Shown here: positions 1 through 9,771 of the stretch, piece by piece | How positions within the stretch are numbered: position 1 is the first letter of the stretch | How the letters are laid out: each line of letters starts with the position of its first letter | Source of the DNA: an uncultured bacterium | GTDB taxonomy: Bacteria; Patescibacteriota; Patescibacteriia; Magasanikbacterales; UBA922 | NCBI GenBank assembly: GCA_937861125.1 | Contig: CALMAY010000038.1 | Location: 254,921-318,920 of the forward strand | Direction: 5' to 3' | DNA: 64,000 nt | Program-made: the position numbers and the translations under genes | Notes under the pieces: generated by a model | Seen by the model: the letters and a program-made list of their open reading frames with translations, nothing else | Told to the model about the DNA's origin: nothing | Database searches by the model: none

Positions 1-987
1 CTCTACGAAGAGCGACCAGATTTTGTTGTCCCAAGTAGTCGTTTGGAAGAGATTCGTCAATTCGTCAAAGGAGGACTCGAAGATTTTAGTATCTCACGCC
101 TCAAATCCAAGATGCCTTGGGGGGTTCCAGTTCCAGGAGACGACGAGCAGGTGATGTACGTCTGGTTTGATGCACTTGTGAACTATATCTCCACACTCGG
201 CTGGCCACAGGACAATGTAGTATTTGAACAAAACTGGCCAGGAGTGCAAGTAGCTGGAAAAGACAATCTCCGTCAACAAAGTGCAATGTGGCAGGCAATG
301 CTCATGTCCGCACAGCTAGAGCCATCCAAACAAATCTTTATCCACGGATTCATCACGAGCGAAGGACAGAAGATGAGTAAGTCACTGGGCAATGTGGTAG
401 ACCCATACGAGCTAGTAGGGAAGTATGGTACTGATCCAGTGCGTTTTTACCTCCTTGGGGCACTCCCAAGTTATGATGATGGGGACTTCTCGATGAGCCG
501 TTTTGACGAATACTACGGCGCACATCTCGCCAACGGTATCGGCAACCTCAATGCACGCATCCTCACAATGGTAGAAAAGTATTGTGATGGTAAAGTACCA
601 GAACGAACACAAAATGTGTTCAATACAGAACAATACTGGGATCGCTTTGACCAAGCGCTCACTGAATACAAATTTGATGAAGCGATCAAGGTAATCAATG
701 AACTCGTCTCAGCAGTGGACGGATATATCTCAGTAGAGAAACCATGGGAGAAGGCAAAGCAGGGAACACTCGACGTTTCTCTCTTCTATACACTCCTCGA
801 ATCACTCCGCCATATTGGTCTCCTCTTGCTTCCAGTTATGCCAAATACTGGAGCAAATATATTGTCCCAATTTGGTATTGACCCAACCACCATAGCACTT
901 GAACTTGATCAACAGTGGGGGAGACTCGAGACTGGAAGTATGACCAAAAAAGCTGACAACCTCTTTCCTCGTATTGAACAAACATAA
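1..987 (+). CDS. metG: methionyl-tRNA synthetase, C-terminal part (5' end outside window)
   Basis: Frame is open from base 1, so the track start at 43 is an internal TTG. It has the class I KMSKS loop (QKMSKSLGN), a [10 protein letters not shown] motif and a helical anticodon-binding C-terminus. Confidence 0.9.
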   Translation, partial: LYEERPDFVVPSSRLEEIRQFVKGGLEDFSISRLKSKMPWGVPVPGDDEQVMYVWFDALVNYISTLGWPQDNVVFEQNWPGVQVAGKDNLRQQSAMWQAMLMSAQLEPSKQIFIHGFITSEGQKMSKSLGNVVDPYELVGKYGTDPVRFYLLGALPSYDDGDFSMSRFDEYYGAHLANGIGNLNARILTMVEKYCDGKVPERTQNVFNTEQYWDRFDQALTEYKFDEAIKVINELVSAVDGYISVEKPWEKAKQGTLDVSLFYTLLESLRHIGLLLLPVMPNTGANILSQFGIDPTTIALELDQQWGRLETGSMTKKADNLFPRIEQT

Positions 988-1007
988 TACTCAGTATATT
1001 TACACCA

Positions 1008-1041
1008 CAAATGACAGTCTCTGGCTGTCGTTTGTGTTTTT
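1008..1041 (+). terminator. intrinsic terminator after metG
   Basis: 10-bp stem CAAATGACAG/CTGTCGTTTG (one G-U) with a 7-nt loop, followed by TGTTTTT. Confidence 0.7.
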
Positions 1042-1073
1042 ACACAACAAGAGAGTAACCTATACACCTCCTC

Positions 1074-1102
1074 TTGCTAAAAATTCAAAAACCTGCTATA
1101 CT
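1074..1102 (+). promoter_or_regulatory. sigma70-type promoter candidate for typA
   Basis: TTGCTA - 17 nt - TATACT, 24 nt upstream of the typA ATG. Confidence 0.5.
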
Positions 1103-1126
1103 TAGGCAACTTTTAATATATCATCT

Positions 1127-2917
1127 ATGGAAATCAGAAATATCGCGATTATCGCTCACGTTGACCACGGCAAGACCACCTTGACCGACTCCTTGATGCG
1201 TCAGACTGGCATGGTCACAGACGAGACCGTCAGTATGGATAGTAATGCTCTGGAACAAGAGCGCGGTATTACGATTTATGCCAAAAACGCAGCGTTATTT
1301 TACAAAGACACAAAGATCAACATTGTAGATACTCCAGGCCACGCCGACTTTGGTTCAGAAGTAGAGCGTGTGCTCCGCTCGATTGACTGTGTGCTGTTGA
1401 TCGTAGATGCACAGGAAGGTCCGATGCCTCAGACCAAATTTGTACTCAAAAAATCACTCGAACTTGGTCTCAAACCAATCGTTGTAATCAATAAAATTGA
1501 TAAACCAGCAGCCCAACCAGATGTTGTCCATGAGCAGGTATTGGAACTCTTTATGGATCTCGGCGCCAATGATGAACAGCTTGATTTCAAGACTGTATAC
1601 GCGATTGGAAAGCTCGGTATTGCAAAACTCAATCTCACTGATGAATCAACAAACCTTGACCCATTACTTGATACTATTCTCAAATACGTTCCACCGGCAC
1701 CAGCTGATACAACTGTTCCATTCCGCATGCAACCATTTAACCTCAGCTATGACAACTTTTTGGGTCGTCTGGCTGTTGGACGTGTATATGAAGGAATTGT
1801 CAAACTAGGGGACAAAGTCATCATCAAAACCGCCGAGGGCGCAAGTCGTAGTGGTAGTATTACCAAAATCTACACATTTCATGGTACGCAAAAAAAGGAT
1901 GTTACAGAAGCACAGGCAGGCGATATTGCTATGATTGCGGGTCTCCCAGATATTTATATTGGCGAAACTATCTGTCAAAATGCTGACCAGGAAGCACTTC
2001 CTGCAATTCACGTAGATGAACCGACCATCTCTCTTGGATTCCTCGTAAACAATTCACCATTTGCAGGCCGCGAAGGAAAATTTGTTACCAGTCGTCAAAT
2101 CCGCGAACGCCTTGAAAAAGAACTTGAAATCAACGTTGGACTCAAAATCGATTTCTCAGATACAGATCGCTACAAAGTATACGGACGAGGGGAGATGCAC
2201 ATCGCTATTTTGCTTGAAAATATGCGACGTGAAGGTTTTGAGCTTCAAGTCTCTCAACCACAGGTTATTATCAAAGAAGAAAACGGTGTCAAAGTAGAAC
2301 CATTTGAAGAAGCGACTGTTGATGTCCCAACTGAATTTAGTGGTGTTGTTATTGAAAAAATGTCAAAACGCAAAGGAACTATGACATTTATGCAACCAAA
2401 TGCAAACAACACCATGATTCGTATGCTCTTTGAAATCCCAACTCGTGGATTACTAGGTTATCGTGGTGAGTTTATTATGGATACACGCGGTGAAGGTATT
2501 TTAGCGAGCCATATGATTGGATTCAAAAAACATGTGGGTGTCATCGAAAAACGCCAAGTAGGATCTATGATCTCCATGATGACTGGCACAGCGCTTGCAT
2601 ACTCACTGTGGAACCTCCAAGACCGTGGAACACTCTATATTGGCCCAAATACAGAGGTATATGAGGGTATGGTGATCGGAAACACGGCCAAAGGTGAGGA
2701 AATGGCTGTCAACCCAATTAAAGGAAAACAACTTACCAATATGCGTGCCTCTGGATCTGATGACGCAATATTGCTCACACCACCACTTGAAGTCACACTT
2801 GAACGCGGACTTGAAATCATGACTGAGGATGAATACCTCGAAATTACACCAAAATCAATTCGTTTGAGAAAACAACATTTGACTGAAGCTGATCGCTCAC
2901 GTGCGAAACGAAGCTAA
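1127..2917 (+). CDS. typA: translational GTPase TypA/BipA
   Basis: N-terminal G domain ([27 protein letters not shown]) and EF-G-like domains; length and C-terminus are typical of BipA. Confidence 0.92.
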   Translation: MEIRNIAIIAHVDHGKTTLTDSLMRQTGMVTDETVSMDSNALEQERGITIYAKNAALFYKDTKINIVDTPGHADFGSEVERVLRSIDCVLLIVDAQEGPMPQTKFVLKKSLELGLKPIVVINKIDKPAAQPDVVHEQVLELFMDLGANDEQLDFKTVYAIGKLGIAKLNLTDESTNLDPLLDTILKYVPPAPADTTVPFRMQPFNLSYDNFLGRLAVGRVYEGIVKLGDKVIIKTAEGASRSGSITKIYTFHGTQKKDVTEAQAGDIAMIAGLPDIYIGETICQNADQEALPAIHVDEPTISLGFLVNNSPFAGREGKFVTSRQIRERLEKELEINVGLKIDFSDTDRYKVYGRGEMHIAILLENMRREGFELQVSQPQVIIKEENGVKVEPFEEATVDVPTEFSGVVIEKMSKRKGTMTFMQPNANNTMIRMLFEIPTRGLLGYRGEFIMDTRGEGILASHMIGFKKHVGVIEKRQVGSMISMMTGTALAYSLWNLQDRGTLYIGPNTEVYEGMVIGNTAKGEEMAVNPIKGKQLTNMRASGSDDAILLTPPLEVTLERGLEIMTEDEYLEITPKSIRLRKQHLTEADRSRAKRS

Positions 2918-2938
2918 ACATAACAAGTGAACTAAAAA

Positions 2939-2966
2939 CCAGCCCGACAATGTGGCTGGTTTTTTT
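2939..2966 (+). terminator. intrinsic terminator after typA
   Basis: Stem CCAGCC/GGCTGG with a 9-nt loop, followed by TTTTTTT. Confidence 0.75.
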
Positions 2967-3000
2967 GATCTCTATTTTCCCTACTTTGTATATATATACA

Positions 3001-3028
3001 GTGTCGTATAAGATATATTGTACGACAC
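3001..3028. other. candidate dif-like Xer recombination core site (11-6-11)
   Basis: GTGTCGTATAA GATATA TTGTACGACAC: 11-bp arms are inverted repeats (10/11) around a 6-bp AT spacer, with inner ATAA-N6-TTGT resembling the dif ATAA-N6-TTAT. It lies in the convergent gap between the plus-strand and minus-strand gene blocks. Confidence 0.35.
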
Positions 3029-3063
3029 TATATAGATAGGAATGCCTAGGAAGCGACCAAACT

Positions 3064-3086
3064 AAAAACGGCTATCAAGGCCGTTT
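3064..3086 (-). terminator. intrinsic terminator after ftsQ-like gene
   Basis: The minus strand reads AAACGGC-loop-GCCGTTTTT directly downstream of the stop at 3131. Confidence 0.6.
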
Positions 3087-3130
3087 CATTTGGAGACTCT
3101 CCTCTCTTCTCTTGTATAGTTAGCCATCTC

Positions 3131-4174
3131 TTATTTCCAATATGCTCGACCAGTGTATCGAATATCAATATATGACACAGCTGTCTCACTTTTTTTACTC
3201 TCAGCATTTGCCTGATCAAAAACGGACATCTGTGTAGAGACTACTCGTGGGTCCAAGCGGATCAGTAGATCCCACCCCTCCCCTGTCTTGATATGACCAA
3301 ACTGTCCAGTTTGATCAATTTCAATAAAACGAGGTGTGATCATGCGTTTTTTTAATTCTTCATAATAGGATAAAACAGCTCGTAGCGTATCAGCGTCCAC
3401 AGTGGTACTGTCTTTTACTGCCTCCAATGCTCGAGTATCATAAATCAGAGGTAGTTGTCCAAATTCAGCCTGTATCGAGGCGACATCGGGAATATGAGTA
3501 CGAGAGACTATAACCGTCTCTACTGGAGGCTCTGGAGTCACTACAGTGCTTGTCACACCAAGAGAGGTTGTTGTACTAACATCAGCAGTGGCTGGTGCAG
3601 CGTACTGGACACTTTTCTGCTCTTGCCACTGATCACTTGGCACATTTTTGAGCACATCTACAACCACCCCATCCTCATCAATATAGCTATACTGTCGACC
3701 ATTATCATAGAGAAATGTAGCTTGTTTCTCACTCACCGTCACAATGATTTTGTTTGGAAACTGTTTTGTAATGTCTACCGAGTGGATAGGATATCGTTTG
3801 AGCAGAATAGACTCCACATCACTGAGGTTGGCGACAAAGTAATTGTTTTGTGGAACAAAGAAAAAACGCTTACCTTCCATGATTCCTGCGACAACACTTT
3901 TGACGTCAACAGAGGCAACACGCTTGGTACCCTCAATAGAGATATCAGTGATACGAAATGCAGGATGATACATCAATATAGCGGCCGTCGTACCAAATGA
4001 AACAACACAGACAGAGACAAGTACCGCCACTTTGCGTGTCGATCTCTTCTGCTCGTCTTTCTTTTTGAATGGATTATTCTTTGCTGGTCGCCAATCAAAA
4101 TCTTTCGTATGGCGCATGTTGACGCTACGAGAGACAGACTGTACACGAGTTTTGCGAACACCAAACAAAGACAT
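3131..4174 (-). CDS. ftsQ: FtsQ/DivIB-like cell-division protein (POTRA)
   Basis: Basic N-terminal tail, a single TM helix (VAVLVSVCVVSFGTTAAILMY), then a POTRA-like FRITDISIEGTKRV...KIIVTVSEKQATFLY segment. It is the last gene of a murF-containing wall cluster. Confidence 0.7.
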   Translation of the reverse strand: MSLFGVRKTRVQSVSRSVNMRHTKDFDWRPAKNNPFKKKDEQKRSTRKVAVLVSVCVVSFGTTAAILMYHPAFRITDISIEGTKRVASVDVKSVVAGIMEGKRFFFVPQNNYFVANLSDVESILLKRYPIHSVDITKQFPNKIIVTVSEKQATFLYDNGRQYSYIDEDGVVVDVLKNVPSDQWQEQKSVQYAAPATADVSTTTSLGVTSTVVTPEPPVETVIVSRTHIPDVASIQAEFGQLPLIYDTRALEAVKDSTTVDADTLRAVLSYYEELKKRMITPRFIEIDQTGQFGHIKTGEGWDLLIRLDPRVVSTQMSVFDQANAESKKSETAVSYIDIRYTGRAYWK

Positions 4175-4177
4175 ATG

Positions 4178-5206
4178 TTATGAGAAACCACGTTTCTTAC
4201 TACGAATCGTCTCGACTATCCATGTCAGATAATATCGAGATGACAGCACAATATCATGACAATGAACAATGTCGCGCTGATATCCGCCAAATCCTTTTTT
4301 GTAATGTGTAATACCAAAAAACGGATGGTCCTTGCTAGCAGTTTCTGGTGCAATACCCCAAAAATTATACAGAGTCATTCCCCGCTTCTTTGCCTCTACA
4401 ATAGATTTCCACTGCAGCAGGTACGCAGTTGGCAATCGCTTATCCTGATTGAGCGATGCGGCGTGACGATAACTTGCAGTATTGCCAAAATATATAATAA
4501 TGGAGGCCGCATCAAGCGTCCCATCCGGGAGGTAACCTAAAAATATAACAGCATTCCCCTGCTCCACTAGTGAACAAAATTCGTGTTCAATATACGCACG
4601 TGAAAAACGATGAAATTTATGTCGTTTAGCAGTCTCATCATGAAGATCATTAAAGAGTTTTAACGCTTCCAAGTCTGTTCGCATCTCAACTCTGACCCCA
4701 TCTCGCTGACAACGATTGATCAAATTACGATGGTTTTTATTCATGTTTGCAAGTAGCTTTTCTTCTGACTCTTTGAGCGGGAGAAGCCACGTCGTCTCAG
4801 CAAGTATATGCATTGGTGAAGGTTTTGCTCCAATTGATTTTAATAGCTGCTCATACTCCCCTGTCTCATCAAAAAATGGTGAAAAGCGGACAAAGTGATA
4901 GCCTTGTTTTTTTCCAAACTCTGTCAAAAAACTAAAAAATATGTTGTATAATTCTACGTCAGAATTACTCCCAATCGGACCATATGGAAGATAGAGAAAA
5001 TTACCACGCTTGGCATGAGTACTCGTGACCAAACTACCAAATACCAATGTACCACTCTCATCTACCACACCAAACAACCACGCCTGCTCACCCTGTTTTC
5101 TATAAAATTCTGCATAGCTAGAAGACTGCACAAAGAGTGTATCCGGCTGTGCCAGTACAAATGCATCCCAGCGTTTGTTGTCTATTTCAATCACTTTGTA
5201 TGTCAT
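4178..5206 (-). CDS. FemAB-family peptidyltransferase (lipid II amino-acid transferase-like)
   Basis: About 340 aa with a double GNAT-like FemABX layout (FVQSSSYAEFY..., LYLPYGP, ASYRHAAS, YLLQWKSIVEAKKRG, YNFWGI). Confidence 0.75.
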   Translation of the reverse strand: MTYKVIEIDNKRWDAFVLAQPDTLFVQSSSYAEFYRKQGEQAWLFGVVDESGTLVFGSLVTSTHAKRGNFLYLPYGPIGSNSDVELYNIFFSFLTEFGKKQGYHFVRFSPFFDETGEYEQLLKSIGAKPSPMHILAETTWLLPLKESEEKLLANMNKNHRNLINRCQRDGVRVEMRTDLEALKLFNDLHDETAKRHKFHRFSRAYIEHEFCSLVEQGNAVIFLGYLPDGTLDAASIIIYFGNTASYRHAASLNQDKRLPTAYLLQWKSIVEAKKRGMTLYNFWGIAPETASKDHPFFGITHYKKGFGGYQRDIVHCHDIVLSSRYYLTWIVETIRSKKRGFS

Positions 5207-6435
5207 ACTGTTCCAGCAATAATACGTTGTTGATCATCTGACAACACAATAGATGGGTGTGTCCCAAACACAAAAATATGCTTGGCGACCTGCTCGGCTT
5301 TTGGACATACTCCATCTCTATACCCCACTGTTTCTCTCTTGGCATCGTCAGGTACTATCGGCGTATTTGACCACAGTGCTGAGATGATAATACTCGCCTG
5401 GCGCAAACTATACTCAGTGGTATCTGGAACGTCGGTATATGCAGCGACAAATAATGGTACAATCCCCTCTTGATTTGATTGAGCACATTTTGTACTCAGA
5501 CTCTTTCTCACTACGGTAGCGAGAGTTTTTCTTTGTTCTACTATTGTGTTCAATTGACGAAGTTGAGTGAGAAGTATCATAGCCAGAGCTGCTGGAAACT
5601 GCACCGGCGTCCACATATCTTGCTTACCCTCTAGCTCTCCGTCAGAGACGATCTTTGGTAAGATATGTGTGATACGCAATAGTGTAAACAGATGCCCAGA
5701 GAGACCAACAAAAAATAATGAACGGACCAACGCAGCGGCTGGATAGTAGAGTAAGTGTCTGAATAAAAGCAGACGTGGAAATAAAGAAAGAGTATTAATT
5801 TTCTTTTTCACAGCATCCATATATGCAAGGTTATTCACCGCTACTGCTCCACCACGAATACTGCTAATAATTTTTTCAGTTCCAAAACTAAGAATCGCTA
5901 AATCACCAAAAGTCCCCAGTGGCTTTCCTTCATACGTCGAACCAAGTGAATGTGCACAGTCCTCTATGGTTGGGATTCCCGCCTCTTTGGCGATGCGAAG
6001 CAATTCAGTAAGCTGTCCAGGATACCCAAATGTATGCTGCAAAATAATTGCCTTTGTCTTTGGTGTTATTCGCGCCTTGAGTGACACCGGATCAATACAG
6101 AGCTGGTCATCAATATCGACATATACAGGTGTTGCTCCGAGTGCCACAATCGCGTTGGGTACGACAATACAGGTGTAACCCGAAACTATCACCTCATCCC
6201 CTGCCCCAACACCCAATGTCTGTAGCGCCAGATAGAGTGCACTGCGCCCACTATCAACTGTATACACAGACACATCATTGAGATATGTAGAGAGTAGAGA
6301 TTCCACTTCGCGTACAGGCTCAGGAGAGTACCACGTCCCCCACTGTGTCGGTAGGAGCAAATGCAACGACAGACGAAGTGATTCCTTCGTCATGTTGGGA
6401 GCAAAGCCAAAAAATGTGTACTGTTTTGCACTCAT
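5203..6435 (-). CDS. DegT/DnrJ/EryC1/StrS-family PLP aminotransferase with a hydrophobic insert
   Basis: SGRSALYLALQTLGVGAGDEVIVSGYTC, DCAHSLGS and SFGTEKII (PLP lysine context). It has 4-nt overlaps with both neighbours. Confidence 0.7.
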   Translation of the reverse strand: MSAKQYTFFGFAPNMTKESLRLSLHLLLPTQWGTWYSPEPVREVESLLSTYLNDVSVYTVDSGRSALYLALQTLGVGAGDEVIVSGYTCIVVPNAIVALGATPVYVDIDDQLCIDPVSLKARITPKTKAIILQHTFGYPGQLTELLRIAKEAGIPTIEDCAHSLGSTYEGKPLGTFGDLAILSFGTEKIISSIRGGAVAVNNLAYMDAVKKKINTLSLFPRLLLFRHLLYYPAAALVRSLFFVGLSGHLFTLLRITHILPKIVSDGELEGKQDMWTPVQFPAALAMILLTQLRQLNTIVEQRKTLATVVRKSLSTKCAQSNQEGIVPLFVAAYTDVPDTTEYSLRQASIIISALWSNTPIVPDDAKRETVGYRDGVCPKAEQVAKHIFVFGTHPSIVLSDDQQRIIAGTV

Positions 6436-8087
6436 GTGTTTGAAATAAATGGAGTACAGCGATCAATGATACTAGTATAGACTGCTCCAGGAATGCGATT
6501 TTCAAACAATACCACCGCTGGTGTTTGTTCATACTGTTCCAAATGAGTAAGTAACTGATTTGGCACGTCTTTAAGAAAAATATCCAGCTTGTACTTGTCA
6601 GAAATAGCACCTTTTCGCATCGGTGCTTCTTGATCTTTGGTTACCAGCACCAATTCATCAGCAACAAATGCGATCTCACCTGCAATTGTCTCATGAATAC
6701 GATCATTTTCATCCCCCAGTTCAATCATACCTCGTGTCACCACCACACGACGCATATTTCCCGGAAAACGAGATAGTACGTTGAGTGCGGCCCGAAACCC
6801 ATCTGGATTTGAATTATAACTATCATCAATAATTACACTCTGACCAAACTGACGCAATGTGAGCCCCCGTCCTGGCTGAGGCAGTGTCTTGAATCGCTCT
6901 ACAGCCGCCTCAACAGTCATACCGAGGTATTCTGCAACGAGAAGGACTGGAGCAACGTTCATCGCATGATGTGCACCAATAAGTGGGATATGCACATCGT
7001 ATTTTTTTGAATCTACACCCATACCACATGTCACCATCGTCCCTGAGAGCGTCTCATGTGCATCATCAATATTACATGTTGGTTGATACTGATCTTCCCA
7101 ACCAAATGAAAGCACTGGTACAGAGAGTGTATGTAGTTTTTCGCGAATGTACTCGTTGTCAGTGTTGGCCACAGCCACACCACCAGACTGGACAGACTCT
7201 AGTAGTTCATATTTTGCCTTTTGTGTATGCCGAATAGAACCAAAGAGTGAGATATGCTGCTCATTGATCGCAGTAAGGATACCAATTTTTGGACGAACGA
7301 TGTCACAAATCGCCTTGATCTCCCCCATTTTGTACGCCCCCATCTCGACCACCATGACATCAATATCACGCAACTGACTTTTCAAAATCAGCTGTGCCAC
7401 ACCGATGTCTGTATTGGTATTTTTTGGTGTTTTCCAGACACGAAATTTGTCTCCGAGCACATATGAGAGCATCTCTTTGACCGTACTCTTGCCATAACTA
7501 CCGGTAATACCAATAACAGTAATATGCGGATGACGTGCCATCTTGCGTGTTGCTAGAGCAATGATACAACGCTTCACCCACACAGTCGGCAACTGAAATA
7601 TCAACACAACTGCAGCCATCAACAACGGACGCAGAATAAATATCATAAACACCCCATCCCATGCACCATCACCCAAAAGCAACGTTAAATCAAGCAACAA
7701 CACCAGACCAGTGAGAATGATTGCTTTTATCGTCCTCCTAGGTATTCTCAGACTCCTGTGAACCAAACCTCGCAACAACACAGCACTATCAAGTCCATAC
7801 AGAGCGACAGCCACCAACGACAGATACGACCCATTAAATGGCAACATGAGAAGAAAGCCACCCAGTGCCATACGGTAGAGCACTTTGTAGGACAAGAGAT
7901 ACTCTCGTCCCTGCACGGAACGGAAAAAATCAGCCATGCGATCAAGTCGATATTCTTTGAGCTGCCAATAGTAGAGAAAATCAATATAGGTACAGACCGA
8001 AGAAACCACCCAAAGAGCAGCAAATATGTAGTGCATTGTCGATATTGATTCGATCATACAAACAACGTTCTTTATATCATCGTACAA
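6432..8087 (-). CDS. murF: MurF-type Mur ligase (UDP-MurNAc-tripeptide--D-Ala-D-Ala ligase) with polytopic N-terminal membrane domain
   Basis: Mur ligase P-loop VIGITGSYGKSTVKEM and C-terminal DDSYNSNPDGFRAALNVL. The first ~190 aa are hydrophobic helices rather than the usual soluble domain 1. Confidence 0.8.
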   Translation of the reverse strand: MYDDIKNVVCMIESISTMHYIFAALWVVSSVCTYIDFLYYWQLKEYRLDRMADFFRSVQGREYLLSYKVLYRMALGGFLLMLPFNGSYLSLVAVALYGLDSAVLLRGLVHRSLRIPRRTIKAIILTGLVLLLDLTLLLGDGAWDGVFMIFILRPLLMAAVVLIFQLPTVWVKRCIIALATRKMARHPHITVIGITGSYGKSTVKEMLSYVLGDKFRVWKTPKNTNTDIGVAQLILKSQLRDIDVMVVEMGAYKMGEIKAICDIVRPKIGILTAINEQHISLFGSIRHTQKAKYELLESVQSGGVAVANTDNEYIREKLHTLSVPVLSFGWEDQYQPTCNIDDAHETLSGTMVTCGMGVDSKKYDVHIPLIGAHHAMNVAPVLLVAEYLGMTVEAAVERFKTLPQPGRGLTLRQFGQSVIIDDSYNSNPDGFRAALNVLSRFPGNMRRVVVTRGMIELGDENDRIHETIAGEIAFVADELVLVTKDQEAPMRKGAISDKYKLDIFLKDVPNQLLTHLEQYEQTPAVVLFENRIPGAVYTSIIDRCTPFISNT

Positions 8088-8812
8088 AAAGATACTACTG
8101 CATCAAGTAATTCTCTGCGTTTTTCGTGATGCAATCCATGTGTCGCACCAGAAATAACAACAAACTCCGCCTGTTTCAGACGCTTGTGTATCATTGTACC
8201 ATACTTTAGTAGTGTCATTCTATCTTTGTCTCCCCACACCACTAACGCAGGCACGGTAATACTATCCAGCGCGCTCTGCTGATCTTGGCGTATAATCTTT
8301 TTGTAAATCTCACGTTGCACTCCACTCGTTTTTTGGTAATCAGGAGAATCAGCCACTTTGTATAGTACTTTTTTGGCAACCTGTTCAAACTGTCTAATTC
8401 CAGGAATAAAGAATATACTTTTGCCTACTTTCGCAGCAAACCCAAGTGCGGAGCGTTTGAACCAAAAATCTTCACGAACGATAGAGGATGCCGCAAAAAT
8501 AACCCTATCACAGATATCTGGGTTGTTTCCAACTACATGAGCGAGAACCTGACCACCGAAAGAATGCCCCATGACAATAACTTTCGCATTTGGGTCTGTT
8601 ATTTTGGATTTGATATTTTTTATTTTGTCATTTACGAAAACAGAGTACTCCTCCACTCCCCACACCTCAGCCGGACACGGCTCATCACCAAAGCACGGCA
8701 GTTCAATCACTGTCACAGACGCAAAATATGGCTTTGCAATCTCTACAAATTCATGCCACGTTTGTTTGTTTCCGCCCCAGCCTGGGAGGATGATGAGATG
8801 TATGTTGTTCAT
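8072..8812 (-). CDS. alpha/beta-fold hydrolase
   Basis: Nucleophile elbow GHSFGG and a C-terminal GATHGLHHE histidine motif; ~245 aa. Confidence 0.7.
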   Translation of the reverse strand: MNNIHLIILPGWGGNKQTWHEFVEIAKPYFASVTVIELPCFGDEPCPAEVWGVEEYSVFVNDKIKNIKSKITDPNAKVIVMGHSFGGQVLAHVVGNNPDICDRVIFAASSIVREDFWFKRSALGFAAKVGKSIFFIPGIRQFEQVAKKVLYKVADSPDYQKTSGVQREIYKKIIRQDQQSALDSITVPALVVWGDKDRMTLLKYGTMIHKRLKQAEFVVISGATHGLHHEKRRELLDAVVSFCTMI

Positions 8813-8815
8813 ATG

Positions 8816-9370
8816 TTAATGAGAGAACTTTTCAGGAAACTTTATTCTCGCCATTTCATACGCAGCAAAAATATTTGTATGCATATTTTTTGACTGTTTC
8901 AAAAACATGTCTCTTAGTTGTTCGTACGTATATTCACAGACGATAATATCTTCACTATCATCAAAATTTGTTTGCGAAGAGACTACCACACCAAACGCCA
9001 CAAATATCTCTGCTTTTCGATTGGATATTGCAGGTGAACCAAAAAATGTCCCGAGCGAATACATTTCTTTAGCTGTATACCCAGTTTCTTCTTCTAGTTC
9101 TCTGTGCGCACAATCGATAGACTGTTCTGTCTTTGGATCAAATGTGCCAGCAGGAAGACTCAGTATACGAGAGTTTATAGGCACTCTATATTCATCAATA
9201 GTAATAATTGATCCACTTTGTGTAATTGGAAGCACAATGACACTTTCATTAAACTCATGAAAATACTCATACACCTGTACAGAACCACGAGATGTTACAA
9301 ATTCAGCCGCAGCTAAATCACGATATTTACCTTTATGAATTGTGGTGATGTTTTTGATCTGTGTACTCAT
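8816..9370 (-). CDS. NUDIX hydrolase (ADP-ribose pyrophosphatase-like)
   Basis: Nudix box ...AHRELEEETGY... Confidence 0.75.
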   Translation of the reverse strand: MSTQIKNITTIHKGKYRDLAAAEFVTSRGSVQVYEYFHEFNESVIVLPITQSGSIITIDEYRVPINSRILSLPAGTFDPKTEQSIDCAHRELEEETGYTAKEMYSLGTFFGSPAISNRKAEIFVAFGVVVSSQTNFDDSEDIIVCEYTYEQLRDMFLKQSKNMHTNIFAAYEMARIKFPEKFSH

Positions 9371-9768
9371 ACTACTATATATTTACACGCAATAAGCACC
9401 TCTTGAAATCCAGGGATTGTATTTTGAAGCTCAAAACATTCTTTTGCAGTAATCCATCTGTAACTTAAAATTTCTTCCGGACGAATTGTAATATCTGGTT
9501 CTTGCTCTACACGAGACTCAAATGAAACAAACCTAATTGGTTTTTGACCTTCATGCTGATAATCGATTTCAGACATGTACTTTACTGAACTTACAACAAC
9601 ACCAGTTTCTTCTTGTAACTCTCGCATCGCAGCATTCTCGTCACTTTCTTCTGCATCAACCTTACCCGCAGGCAAACCCCATGTTCCACCCTGCGGTTTA
9701 TCAGGGTGACGCTGTATAATGAGAAATTTGTCATTATACCAGAGGAATGTGCCGACGACGGTGATCAT
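9367..9768 (-). CDS. NUDIX hydrolase
   Basis: Nudix box GGTWGLPAGKVDAEESDENAAMRELQEETGV. Confidence 0.8.
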   Translation of the reverse strand: MITVVGTFLWYNDKFLIIQRHPDKPQGGTWGLPAGKVDAEESDENAAMRELQEETGVVVSSVKYMSEIDYQHEGQKPIRFVSFESRVEQEPDITIRPEEILSYRWITAKECFELQNTIPGFQEVLIACKYIVV

Positions 9769-9771
9769 ATA

